A stretch of DNA of 61,037 nucleotides, taken from NCBI GenBank assembly GCA_001938485.1, contig MQRK01248113.1, positions 21,296 to 82,332 on the forward strand, in the 5' to 3' direction. This document shows positions 13,047 to 25,159 of this stretch, piece after piece; the first letter of the stretch is position 1, and every line of letters starts with the position of its first letter. The position numbers and the translations under genes were made by a program. The notes below the pieces were generated by a model. That model was not told the DNA's origin and did no database searches. It saw nothing but the letters and a program-made list of their open reading frames with translations. The DNA comes from Girardia tigrina (taxonomy: Eukaryota).

Positions 13047-14330
13047 TGTTTTAGAAAATTCTTTCCCCGCAATTCGTTCCTAGGAACATTTGTTTTCAAC
13101 AAATTGTCCCTGACATAATTTGTTTTTTCTTATTAATGCAAAAAGACTATTGTAAAACCTTTATAGATAAATACAAATGACATCATAATTAACAAAAAAA
13201 CTAATTAAAAGTCAAATTTTCTATCATGTTTATACATTTTCAAAGTCAAACGTTAATTATATACACAATATATCAGTGTGTAAATGTCATTTGTTTTGCA
13301 ATGGATACGTTTAAATTTAACATGAGTGAACAAATATTTTAAAAATTTGCAACTCCTCACTCTGATATTGGTATTATCAAAGTGTGAACAGTTAAGTGGC
13401 TGCGACAATGTAGCGTCGGTAGGGTCTCCTTGTGTAGTGGGGGATGACTATTTTTATCTCCCCGTAACTCATCCCAATCTTGATCGTCACCTTAGCAAAT
13501 GACCTGCCCTCGTTAGTCTTATTGCCTCCTCTGCCGATGATATTCATGATGAGATCATTTAGAATCATCATCGCGATGCAATTTGAAGCAATATTGTCCT
13601 ATCATTATAAAAATTATTCATTTTGTTTTCGACTCCAATTCATTTTCGATCAAGTAATCATTGATATTCGTTAAATAATCGATATTCATGAACTCGCCAT
13701 GATTGTCAAACCGACTCAACAACCAGATCGGTAATCCATTTTCGCTATACTCACTGAAATGAGACCGAATCGCGTTTCGTCTTTCGATAATCATTTTCAA
13801 AAATGATTTTTGAGATCCTTCTGTGTCGATTTCCGAATATTTTGGCCATATTAGCGGATTTTTGGCGAGGTAGTCGTAATCGACTGATTCGGTTTCGATT
13901 TTTTGGATTGAAATATCCATCGGTTCCGATTCCGGTCCTTCGATCACCGCAATCGGCTTCAATCTCGTCATAATGTGTTTTAATTCTTTCACTGCGTCTC
14001 TATTGGCGAGATTCGCATTCTCTGGCGCTTTTGGAGCGGCTCGTTTCCTTGTCGTAACACCGGAGAATATTTTTCGATCGGAATTTTCATCCAATGGATT
14101 TATTTTCCGATTTCTCAAAACCATCGGTCGGAGATTCATTTTTATCACCGTTCAGAAAAGCAGAATTTAATTTTCTTTTCAAATTAAATATATTTAATAT
14201 ATTTCTATAATAATTAAAAAATCGATGTCGCTATCAAACTTTATTTAGTTCTCAATACTCACAATAACTAATTCGTTTAAACAAAACGAATTTTTGGCAA
14301 TAAATTTTCTAACTCTAACTCTACATATTT

Positions 14331-14365
<35 letters not shown>

Positions 14366-14521
14366 ATTATAGATATTGGATTAATATTTTTTTTATTAAA
14401 CATTTTTTTTAATTCATTCTGAAACACATTTTAATCAATAAATTTGTCACAATAGTCTTTTTTTATATCTGGGACGATTTGCAGAGAACTAATTTTCCCA
14501 GGTTCGAATTTCAATGATCCC
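13047..14521. mobile_element. MULE/foldback-like non-autonomous element (Pack-MULE-like) with ~100-130-bp imperfect TIRs
   Basis: 13070-13170 aligns to the reverse complement of 14430-14515 (AATTCG..CCT.GGAA.ATT.GTT.TC..CAAAT.GTCCC.GA.ATAA ... AAAAAGACTATTGT); ends in GATCCC like the 5490-5897 element; CTGATG occurs in both flanks. Confidence 0.6.
13618..14148 (-). CDS. Truncated mitotic cyclin (A/B-type) N-terminal fragment, no cyclin box
   Basis: 176-codon open, GC/CpG-richer ORF with a D-box-like RAAPKAPEN, the cyclin A-like PMDIS motif and a pre-cyclin-box helix DYLTNINDYLIENE; stops before any MRAIL motif. Confidence 0.6.
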   Translation of the reverse strand: MIKMNLRPMVLRNRKINPLDENSDRKIFSGVTTRKRAAPKAPENANLANRDAVKELKHIMTRLKPIAVIEGPESEPMDISIQKIETESVDYDYLAKNPLIWPKYSEIDTEGSQKSFLKMIIERRNAIRSHFSEYSENGLPIWLLSRFDNHGEFMNIDYLTNINDYLIENELESKTK

Positions 14522-15865
14522 CTGATGTAGGTTAAACCTTCGGAATGTTGTTATTTAAAATGAAAATAATACATCCTTCAAACGGAAATACATCGAACAA
14601 AATTTACAAAGAGAAACTTATAAATTATAAAAGAAAAAACTAAATCATTTTTTGAAAGAAAGTAATAATAGTTTTATATAATATGATTTGCAAATAAAAT
14701 GAAGACTTGAACAAGAATTTATAATTTTTTAATGGCAGCCGTTTCTGCTAGAAACTATCTATAAAATAATTTTTATGTGTTATCAGAAATTTTGTTTTAA
14801 ATAATTCCAATTTTACTTTGAATTAAAATAATTATAAATATTTTAAATTATTAAATTACTCAATCTTAGTACTAAATGTTTTTGTTATGTGTAGATGAAT
14901 ATGAAAAGAACATATGAAAAGAAGATATGAAAAGAATTCCGAAGATTGTTTAAAGCAAAGTACAAAATGTTTAAGGAAATAGATGAGTTTACATTTGATA
15001 TTGGTTAGGATTTCTGATGAGTTCATAAAATATTTGAATTTAAGATTTACATAAAAATAAGATTTACATAATTAAAAAAATTAATTAAAGTTAAGATAAA
15101 TTTTGTGATAGGTTATTAAAATTAAAGATAATAAATAATAATAAAAAATTACTATAAAGTTAATAAAGTAAATTTTAATTTTGGATTCGAATATAAAACT
15201 TAATATTTAAATTTGAAGTAACAATATAAAAATTAAAATTATGTCGTAACCTAATTTTGTCCGAATATAAATAAATTAAATGAGGTGTGAATTAATCAAA
15301 TTAAAATTGTAATTTAATTTTATTTGAAAACAAAATTAAAATTAAAGTTGGAATATAATTTTATTTAAATACAAAAATTTAATTGAAATATTATAACAAA
15401 TCCGAATATAAATTAATATTTAAATTAGGATGAACCACTGAAGTGTTATTTCGAAAATTATAATAAATATTAAAATAAGAGACATAATAAAATATTTGGG
15501 ACAAAAATTTTTAATAAAATTCATTTTTAATGTTTTAATAAAATACAATTATAAAAGTAAATTCTTAGTAAATGAGATATTAATATCTGAATTTATATTT
15601 ATTTTCATTTATAATGTTTTGTATAAAAAGTAAGTAACTAGGTTCCTCGAAATATTTGTTTAAAAAATTGTTATTGTTATATTAATAAAATTTTGGTATT
15701 ATGAGCATAACTTCTGAATTCAAACCTAATAATATTAATTTGATAAATTAATAAAATTAATTGACAAAAAAGGATTTTCAAAGGATTTATCAATCAATTT
15801 AAACTAAAAAGAAATTAATATGTATTTATTATATTTTTAATTTTACATTTAAAATCCTCACTCAC

Positions 15866-16010
15866 TTTTGTTTCCACTGACAAATTTAGTTTACAAATTT
15901 GCGAGAATGATATTCCTGCGTCAACTAACGCTCCAGTGAATTCCGAAGAATGCTTTTGGCAAAATCTTTTTGATTGCAAAACAACACAATCATGTAAATC
16001 AAAGTAAATC
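15866..16010 (-). other. Probable host-gene exon (product unknown)
   Basis: ttttttag acceptor, gtgagt donor, one open frame (IYFDLHDCVV...NLSVETK); 49-nt intron to an upstream island whose frames all contain stops. Confidence 0.4.
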
Positions 16011-16368
16011 CTAAAAAAAGAAAATTAAGAGAACAAGCATTCCAAAATTTTATTAATACTTTTCAAAAATTATAGACTTTTGCAATTATATTTTGTTTGT
16101 AATTTCTTGTCAACAAGTTGTATTTCGTCAAAAGCAAGTAAAATATTGCTGCAATTGAGAGTAATAATGTCAGTAAGCCAAGTTTAATAACTATGATATA
16201 AGTTATGGAAAAAGCAAAGGTTTTAGTGGAACCCCTTCTCAAGTATATACACATAATGAATGTACAAATTAAATTTCATTATTAGAAACTTCATTTTATT
16301 AGAAAAGTTTCTTATAATATTTAAATAAAAATATTAACATATATATATATAAATTTAAAATTTAATAA

Positions 16369-16419
<51 letters not shown>

Positions 16420-16541
16420 CAGTCTTGTGAACGCAAGTTTAATATTTTGAAAATATAATTTGATCAAAGCTTTTTTTATATAATTATTGGACATGTTTCA
16501 ATGTATATATACATCATCATTAACAATTTTCGGATATTTAA

Positions 16542-16762
16542 CCCTTGAATGCATCTTGTATCAAAAATGATACAACAAACGTTTGAAAGTGCCATGTGTA
16601 AATAATTGCTGTCCTTTGTAAATAAATTATCTTTGTACATTTTTGTCTATGACGATTATAACAAAACATGTCAAAACTCCCGCCAATATTGATATAAACG
16701 TCAAAATTCTTTAAACGTCAAAAAATATTTCATGAAAAAATAAAAAATCATGCATTTAAGGG
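16542..16762. mobile_element. piggyBac-type MITE
   Basis: TTAA TSD on both sides; TIRs CCCTTGAATGCAT / ATGCATTTAAGGG. Confidence 0.85.
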
Positions 16763-19232
16763 TTAAATACAATTTTAATTGATATATTAACATTAAAAGA
16801 TATATTTAAAATTAAATATGTTTTAGCTTCGAAAGATTAAAGAATATTAATAAACAGAATATTAATAAAATTTACAATTTCTATCAATTGTTGTCAAAAA
16901 TATTTGTTTTTTTCAATAAAATTTGAATTGCCCACAGACTTTTGCACAGGTTAAAATTTGAAAATTGAATGTTCGTCATAAAAAAATATTAACAATTAAT
17001 TGGGAAAAGATTTATTTGGCGTAAAAGTTTATAAAAATTACATATCTGGTCAAAATTTAAGCTTGCCACCTTAATGGCTTAATTGGGAAAATTGTGATTT
17101 TTTTTACTGTTCAAAGACTTTGGCACGGTACGGTATTTACTGAGCCCATTGAGTTTATTGTTCTAGTTGTATAAATACAACAATAAAGAGCATTGAAAGA
17201 AAAATATATCATTTAATTATTGTTTATTTTAAACGAGTTAATCCTATGTCAATCTTTCATAAATCATACAAATCGTTGAAAAAATTCATATAATTCTACA
17301 AAATAATAAAAAAATAATTGAATAAGTTTAAAAATATTTTTATATTTTAAATATCTTTTAATAAATATTATAATCATTTAAATTTTGTGATTTTTAATTT
17401 AATTTTCTTAAAGAATATACGAAAAACCCGAGTCGGTTGGGTGGGTTGGAAATAATCTTAATTTGTTTTCGGAAAAAGAACTTCATCCTTGATTAGTAAT
17501 CAATATAAATTAATACGCTTCCCTTCAATTACAGCGATGGGATATCTTTCTTCATTAATAATGCCACTCTTGTTTTAATTAGTTTATTATATATTCAATT
17601 ATAATAAAAATATGAAAAAGAAATTATTAATTATTAATATTCTTTACTCTACTAAAATATATGAATTATCAAAAACATAGCGACATAAGTAATCGAGTGA
17701 TATTAATGCTTTGTATATATCATAACAGACAAGTTTTTGTAAACACATTAAAAATAACAAAACGAGACCTGAATGCTCAATCAGACCGTAGTTAAAACTT
17801 GTGTCCTTCCGCTCTAAAACACGTCGCAATTTGACAAAGTACTCTTTTACAGTCTTTATGGAGGAAGTTATGATATAATCAGATGAATTCTTTAGATATT
17901 CACCCGAAATAACTTCAGTAAATTGAAATGACTTCTAAGGTATTCTCATGAAAAGCAGGCAGATTTATTTAGTTATCTTGGTAACCATTCCCTGAAACCT
18001 CAATGACTAACAATATAGTGTCCATGAAATATTGCTTAAGTCCAATCTCTTACGCCTGTATCGTAAGAGAAAGATGTCGAATGTGGTTGAAAAATATGTT
18101 TCATGATTTTGGATCATGCCGAAAGCTGGCATATTTTAAACAGTTCTTGGTAACTATTGCCAGAAACTGTTCCTTCAGAAACAAGGGGCTGAAAAACACA
18201 TGAAACTGCATAGGCAATTCTTTTCGTAATTGTTTGGCCAAGATTAACAGTTTGCAAAGTGTATGTTTTTGTACCAGTTAACTGACCAAATTAATTTAAA
18301 TTTCGCTACATCAGACAAAATGAATTCAATAATGAAATTGAAACTGTTTTGAAAGGCCAAAACTATTTCCTCGCAAAACTAAATCTTGCTAACTGAATCT
18401 TCCTCCTTTAACTCATATATTAATCCTTTATCTGGTCTACATAACCTAGGAAAATTACAGACTGAACCTGTGGGTTTCCCTTAAGTGAACAGATTGTTAA
18501 TATATTTGCTGTTAGTTGCAGGTTTATCCCATTCTTAAATAAACAATTGTTGAATAGATATGTTGTCATTTAATCAGAACTTTTGTCATATCGTCCAAAT
18601 CATTTGTTCACTCGTAGATCATTGCATAAAAATGAAATGAATGGAAATGTCGAATAACATAAATGGTCATTATTATGTTATGCCTACTCCGGTACAATGC
18701 ATTATTAAAGCTTTCTTTTCTTGAAATTCTAGTCACTAGGATGAAATATCGAACTAAATTATACAGAAAGACAACAGATAAATGTCTAGTTTTTTTCTGA
18801 GGAAAAATATTTAGATGGTATAATAAAAGGCTTAGATCACATAGTTTACCATTTTTTTCCAATTTTAAAATTGCAGTAAATTGCATATAAAAATATTCCT
18901 TTAGTACGTTTGCGGTAAAACATGTACACAAACAAACAGATATATTACTACATTAAGGTTACATTAGACAAATTATGTATAAAAACACGGGATAATAAGG
19001 GACTTAATGAAGAAAACATTGAAGAGCACAAACAAATAATCGAACTACCATACTCTGAAAGATTAAAATCATTTAAGATAAGTTTTTGCAAGAATAAAGG
19101 TAGTGTCAAAATGGGTTCCATGATATTCAAAATTCGAAACCTCGTCTTTAATTAATTTAAAACGATTTGTGGATTGCAAGCTAATCTTGTTTATAAAGTA
19201 TCACGGGTGTAAAAACTCGTACATTGGAGAGA

Positions 19233-19319
19233 CAGGGATCAACTGTACGGCCAATGGGCATACTTCTACGTAGTATCCCTGAGTAACTAGAGATCTCGGT
19301 CTCTAGGCTAAAATGTCCA
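19233..19319 (+). ncRNA. HDV-like self-cleaving ribozyme
   Basis: P1 CAGGGAT/ATCCCTG, P2 TGGGCAT/ATGTCCA, P3 ACT/AGT, L3 TCTACGT, J1/4 (G)AGTAA, P4 CTAGAGA/TCTCTAG, J4/2 GCTAA with the catalytic-position C at 19308. Confidence 0.8.
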
Positions 19320-19641
19320 AGAGCTAGCCGATTATTGCGGAACAGCCGGCAATAGATCGTATTCAGGAATGGGCCAGCAATCCATTCACTAGGCTAAGCT
19401 TTATAATCTGGGTGTGAAGGCTGTGGGGAGTAGTGACCCAGCTGTCGATGGTTGGATTGCATCTTAATGATCTGGGATGAATCAATCCCGGTGAAGGGTG
19501 TTGTAATGACGTCTTTGCATCTTCGGACAGGCGGAACTAAGGCATGGATCCCAACATTAGGGGAGTGCCCGTTGAGAACCATCAGCGTCCCAGGCCTCCT
19601 AAATAGCCTCAGGCTTAATACCGTTAAAGGAGTAGAGGTGC
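19233..19641 (+). mobile_element. Short non-coding retroelement headed by the HDV-like ribozyme
   Basis: Exact 12-bp TSD ACATTGGAGAGA (19221-19232 and 19642-19653); GC-richer than the flanks; the PLE protein motif resumes after it. Confidence 0.8.
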
Positions 19642-20091
19642 ACATTGGAGAGAAAAATCGTCACTTGTAAACCTAAATTACTGAGCATTCATAATTGAGT
19701 CCATAGAGTAGAGTTCTTGATCATTGGTTACATTGCAAAAATAGATTGTCTTATGTTTTAAAGGATGAGTTTTCTGTTTTACAGAAGGGCTTTGATTCAC
19801 ATTATGAGAGACAGTTCTTCGAATCATCATTAAAGACACTACACCCATTAATAAACATCTAAATTAGACTAAGTAAAGCTGTTTCAATTCTTCAAATTTT
19901 TAAAATAAATAAAAACAATTTACCATTGAAATCCAATATATTTCGAACACTTCAATATTTACTGATGAATTCTACAATAAATTAACCTTTTCTTATCTTA
20001 CATATAAAAATATAATTGCTGATTATGTTAAATTAATTGCGAAAAAATAATAATTTTCTAAAAAAGCTTTAAAAATATTTTTCACACGCAC

Positions 20092-20122
<31 letters not shown>

Positions 20123-21851
20123 ATTAATTAATAATAATTAATTAAAATATAAATGTATAAGATAAGGAATTATTCTAGGTGGACAAAATGAAACATTCGA
20201 AAAACAACCTCCACGAAAGAAAAGAAATGGCAGAAAATTAATAATTCCCGGGAGATCTAATTAAAAAACATTGGGATTATAAAACTGTAAAGTATATCGA
20301 AATTAATCTCCATCTTCATCGACACTCGCAGCATCATGAAAGAAGATTGAATTTTCAAAAGAAAAATAATTAATAATTTTATTTTCGTAAAAAAATGATT
20401 TGTTTTCTTTTTGTTGATATTTATTTTGACAATTAATCCGTTAAAAAAATGTTTTGAAATTAATTTCCATTACCAAAATTAATTGAAAAATATTTCTTTT
20501 TTGTTCAACAGAATTCGATGTTTGTAGATTAAAACAAAGAAATGTCTGTAATTTGAAAAATATTGTAAACAATTAATTGCTTGTCTTTGTTTATTGAAAA
20601 CAAATTTAATGGATTTTTTTATATTTCGATTTACGGATAAAAAAAATAATTAATTTTTGATAATAATTATTTAAAACGATAAATGAGCATAAATTGGATA
20701 GATGATTCTGCATGACCACAAAATGTAAGGTTATGCTATAGGATGTCATTACCTTCTAACCATGATCTTTTAAGAGTACATAAAGTCACTTTAACAGTTA
20801 ACAGGAACTAAAAATGTTAAGAAAATTTTTGAATAAAGGTTAAATTAAATATGTACAAATTATATTTAAAAAAAAATAAAAAGCTTTGATCAACAAAAAT
20901 TGTTTGGAAAAAATGTATAAATAATGTCGTTTGGGATGTATAATATTGAGATTCGACGAAGAAGCCAAATATAAATAATATTTTCATAAAACCTATTGGG
21001 TTCTTGATCAAAAGACATTATCATGAACACAAAAATTTATTTCTATAACAATTTGAATTTTTTAAACAAATATTTTTGAGGATCTTTTGCACTTTCTTTT
21101 TACACAACCATTATAAATAAAAATAGATATAAATAAAAATATGGTTAGTATATTTTTTACAAATTAAAATTCTATATTCTTTTTAATAAAAAATTATTGT
21201 GAATTAAAATTTTGTCACAAAGATTTTGTTGCGTCTTTTATTAATTTTTCAATTTTATGATACATTTAAATTTACCTGCTTCTCAATTACATTTTCCAAA
21301 ATAGAATTAAAATCGTATTTTTTATTTAAGTCGATATAATGGTTTTACAATTATTTTTTTTAATTCCAATTACTATTTCCAAAAAAATGATAATTACATT
21401 TTTAATTTACTTTGATTTAAAAGTTACCAAAATGGTTTAGTTTACTTTTATTTCGCAAATAAAATGTCAAACTTTAAATTACTTTTTTATTTTATTTCAA
21501 TTAAATATTTTAATCAAATTTGAAATTAACTTTTTTTACTTTATAATAAATCATTACATAAATCTTTTAATAACCCTACCGTAAAATTTATTTTATTTCT
21601 TACTTAAATTAATTTTTTACATTAAATTTCTGAAAATTTTATTTTATATAGATATCTATAACAATATTTTACGGAATTTAATTGTTTGTTTAATAATTTG
21701 ATAAAATATAAAAATTTTATATTTTATGAACGCTCCCAACAAAACCAAAATCCAATTAATTTTTCATTAAAATAATGTAGTAAATATTGTGCATAAACAT
21801 TTTACAAAAATAATGCATAAATAATGCTAAGACTTTATATACGATTTGTAG

Positions 21852-22170
21852 GGTAAGCGTCTCTGGGCCGTATCGACTGCTGCTCTCAAGAAATAAGAAT
21901 TCACCACATTTATTATTAGAGGTGAGAAGACAATAAATATCCCTGTATGATAATTACTTCACTGGTCTCAATTATCTTAGGTTATATCTTTGCAAAAGGC
22001 TAGGGAATAGGCACAGATTCCGTCGGCTGAGTGTCCAATGCGTGCAGTTTCATGGATAAAACAATATAAAAAGCTTCTTTTAAAAAAATACAATATTCAT
22101 CCATTAAGCTGAAGTGACATTGTCGATATAATAACTACGGGAACAAAATACAGAAAAAAAGGACACCGTC
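21852..22170 (+). pseudogene. Two exon-like segments joined by a 36-nt GT-AG intron, with in-frame stops
   Basis: ttgtag|GKRLWAVSTAALKK*EF...NIP|gtatga..cttag|VISLQKARE*AQ...PLS*SD...GHR|gtattt; product unknown. Confidence 0.45.
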
Positions 22171-22717
22171 GTATTTATTTATGTACACAAACCATTATTT
22201 CTACTTATAAATCTATTAAAATATATTTTTTGAATAATTTTTTTAACATTTATAATATACATTTATGAAAGTTGTCTTAAAAAAGAATTAAATCACATAA
22301 AAAAATCATTATTCAAAAAATAAATTTGTTATAAATCAAAATTAATCATGTACACTATTTTATATCACAAAATTTTATTCTTATATTTTACACGAAATTG
22401 GCCATTTTTTTAATTTGTGCGTTTTCCCAACAATTATATATTTTATATTTTCTATATACATCGTGGTTTGCTTGGTACACAATCTCCAATTTCTGCTGTA
22501 ATTTAAAATATAAGACAAAAATACTACAGAAAAACGTTTTAAAAAGTCTATAAATACGTAAATATTATAAATTTTAATGTTTCTTACCAAAGATTTTGTT
22601 TTTATACTTAGAAACCATAAATACACAAAAGTTGAACATTGTTAACTTTCATTACAACAATTTTACAAAGTAAAACTGAGTGTAAATTTTATTATACTTA
22701 ATTGAAACAGTATAATA

Positions 22718-23857
22718 CAGGGTGATCATAAAGTAACTACCGGGTTTTAAACTGCAAAAACTTTTGAATTATATTGTATTTCTTTTTAATTATAAAGGTG
22801 TCTTGAAGCTTGTTCTTTAAAATTTAATTAAAATTACATTTTTAAATGTATTACTTGTTGTTATTGTTTTAAGTGTAAGATTCAAAATGGATGTAAATCA
22901 GCGTGTAAAAATTGTTATTTTATTTGCGAAGCATGAGTCAGAGACTTTAGTAAGAAGAGAACTTCAACAACTTAAATGGAAAAATATTCCAATCGAAAAA
23001 AGTATTAGAAGCATCTTCAAAAAGTTTGAAGAAACAGGAAGCGTTCTAAATGCCCCAGAATCTGGAACACCACCAATTGATGATGGAAAGAAAAATGAGA
23101 TACCAGAACATTTTAAGCACGAACCCCAGTCTTCTATCAGGAAATCGTTGTCAACTCTGAATCGCTCTTATGGAACTGTTCAAAAAGTATTACGAAACGA
23201 CTTTAAAATGTTCCCCTACAGAATTCAAGCCACGCAACTTTTGTATGAAGAAGATTGCGCTCTTAGACGTGTTACGTATGAAATGTTAATATAATCGATA
23301 CATGCAGATGAAAATTTTCTTAGTAACCTGATATTCTCTGATGAGTCAACTTTCTATCCTAACGGCATTGTAAACAGACATAACCGTCGTATTTGGGGCG
23401 CTAAAACACCAACCGAAACATATCAGAGGTCACAGGTTAGTTAAAAAGTTAGTGTTTGGATGGGGTTGTCTTCTACTAGTATTTATGGGCCCTTTTTTAT
23501 TGAAGGAAACATAAAAGAGCCGCTTTACCAGTATATATTAAAAAGTTGCTTTATGCCCTCGTTATTATTCAGTGCCCATTATTCAGTGATTGTGCGACAA
23601 TTTCTGGATGAAGCGTTTCCACAACGTTGGCTGGGACGATGTGGTCCATATGTATGACCGGCCAGGTCACCTGATTTGATACCACTCGATTTTTTTGTGT
23701 AGGGATATTTGAAGAATGAAGTGCATAATAGAAAACCAGAAACAATTCAGCAATTTAAAGATTGTATTTGTAAAGAAGCGGCAAAATAGATGGTGAAATG
23801 TGTCAAAATGCCATTAAGTCTTTTCATGGACGCCTTAAACATTGTATTGATGTCGAT
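22718..23857 (+). mobile_element. Tc1/mariner-superfamily element (rosa/DD41D-like), disrupted, 3' TIR missing
   Basis: TA-CAGGGTGAT left TIR; HTH ORF 22887-23294; IFSDESTF..NG.VNRHN.RIWG; *PARSPDLIPLDFFV*GYLK. Confidence 0.8.
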
Positions 23858-24314
23858 AATTTATTAATTAGAGTCATGTGAGTCTTTATTATTATTTATT
23901 TGTTTGTTTTGCTGCCACGAATTATGTTAATTGGGTGTGTGGCCATTGAGAAAGAGTTGTTTTTGTTGGTTTGCGAGTATTGAAATGAAAATGACTCACT
24001 CTAATTGGTCGTTGGTCATCCAATCAGAGCGAGTCAGTAGAGAGAGATTTTCTCCCATGTTTTTATTTTAGGATTTTTTTAAGATTATGATTTTCAATGT
24101 GATGACTCTCTTGAAATTTTGATTCTCTCAAATTAAAAATTTTCTCTCTGAGTTTTATTTTAAAAATGTCGAAATTATTTTGATTAAATTAAAAACGTAT
24201 CAAAAATTTTAAATTCTGAGTTATTTTATATTTCTTTGAAAAAAATAAAGCTGAGAAATCATTTTCTTTAATAATGAAGGTTGTTGATAATAAAAATAAA
24301 AATGTGTCATTATA

Positions 24315-24486
24315 CACTGGGTCCAGCACACTGAGACCGAGCTTTTGTATGATTCCTGGTGCCCCTTTGCTACAAGCAACCGGTCTTCAGGGCAAACTGG
24401 GGACCGGCCGGAACAAAAGCTTTCTTATAAAATTGTTCATGCTTCTGAAATTATTTTTCCGTCATTAGCAATTATATTTGTTAGTT

Positions 24487-24523
<37 letters not shown>

Positions 24524-24605
24524 CTTTGAAATTTTTGTCTTCCATTAATTTTTAACTTTCAACTTTCAAATAAATTGGTGATTGTATATAAGCTGGACTC
24601 CCTGT
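24315..24605. mobile_element. Small Tc1-like MITE
   Basis: TA-CACTGGGTCCAGC ... GCTGGACTCCCTG-TA imperfect TIRs. Confidence 0.4.
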
Positions 24606-24840
24606 ACATTGTTATATTTAAAATTTTAATCAGGTTTTTTATTTTATCTTTTAATTTAATTCTAAATATATCAATATATCATTGACAACAAATTATTTTA
24701 TAAAATTTAAATTTAAATTTTATTGAAATGAAATACATTAATTATCATTCAGTGCCACAATACTCTTTCATAATTTTTAATTTTTTTTCTAAACTCAAAG
24801 TATTTTGTATGAAATAATCAAATCATTTAAAAACTCACAG

Positions 24841-25159
24841 AATACATCACTCTGGCCCTTGAAAAAGTATTCTGAACTTACAAATTTTGTTGAATGTAAC
24901 AAAACACGTACGTACAGTGGGGACAAGATATTTAGACCAAACAATCACTACCTTATTTTGTTTCACAATGAAGTCATATCGTTTTATAAGGTTTTATAAT
25001 GTTCGACTGTGATATTTAAACTGTTTTACAAGCAAACAGCGGTAACACTAAATGTTACTAAGTACATCATTATATCCTTTACTCCTAATTCTTCTCAATA
25101 CATTTTGTTTGAAAATATCATTTCGGTCTTCATATTCGAATCAAATGAACTAATGTAGC
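24841..25159 (+). pseudogene. Exon-like segment, ~106 codons with two in-frame stops
   Basis: cacag acceptor, gtactt donor; one frame open except for one TAA and one TAG. Confidence 0.45.

Larger units (their letters stand above)
18400..19975 (+). mobile_element. Degenerate Penelope-like element, interrupted at 19233-19641
   Basis: GFP*VNR (about GLPKVHK), LSFLEILV..YRTKLYRKTT, LPY, LVYK...YIGE|RHL..ITEH...IK.L.P.IN; CTGATGA remnant at 19962. The 5' boundary is approximate. Confidence 0.7.

Noticed and set aside
13038-13060. CTGATGA...GAAA hammerhead-like match (also CTGATGA near 15014)
   Set aside because: No stem II, stem I or stem III pairing.
19394-19670. Overlapping ORFs of 83 and 72 aa
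   Set aside because: No protein motifs; expected by chance in a GC-richer structured element.
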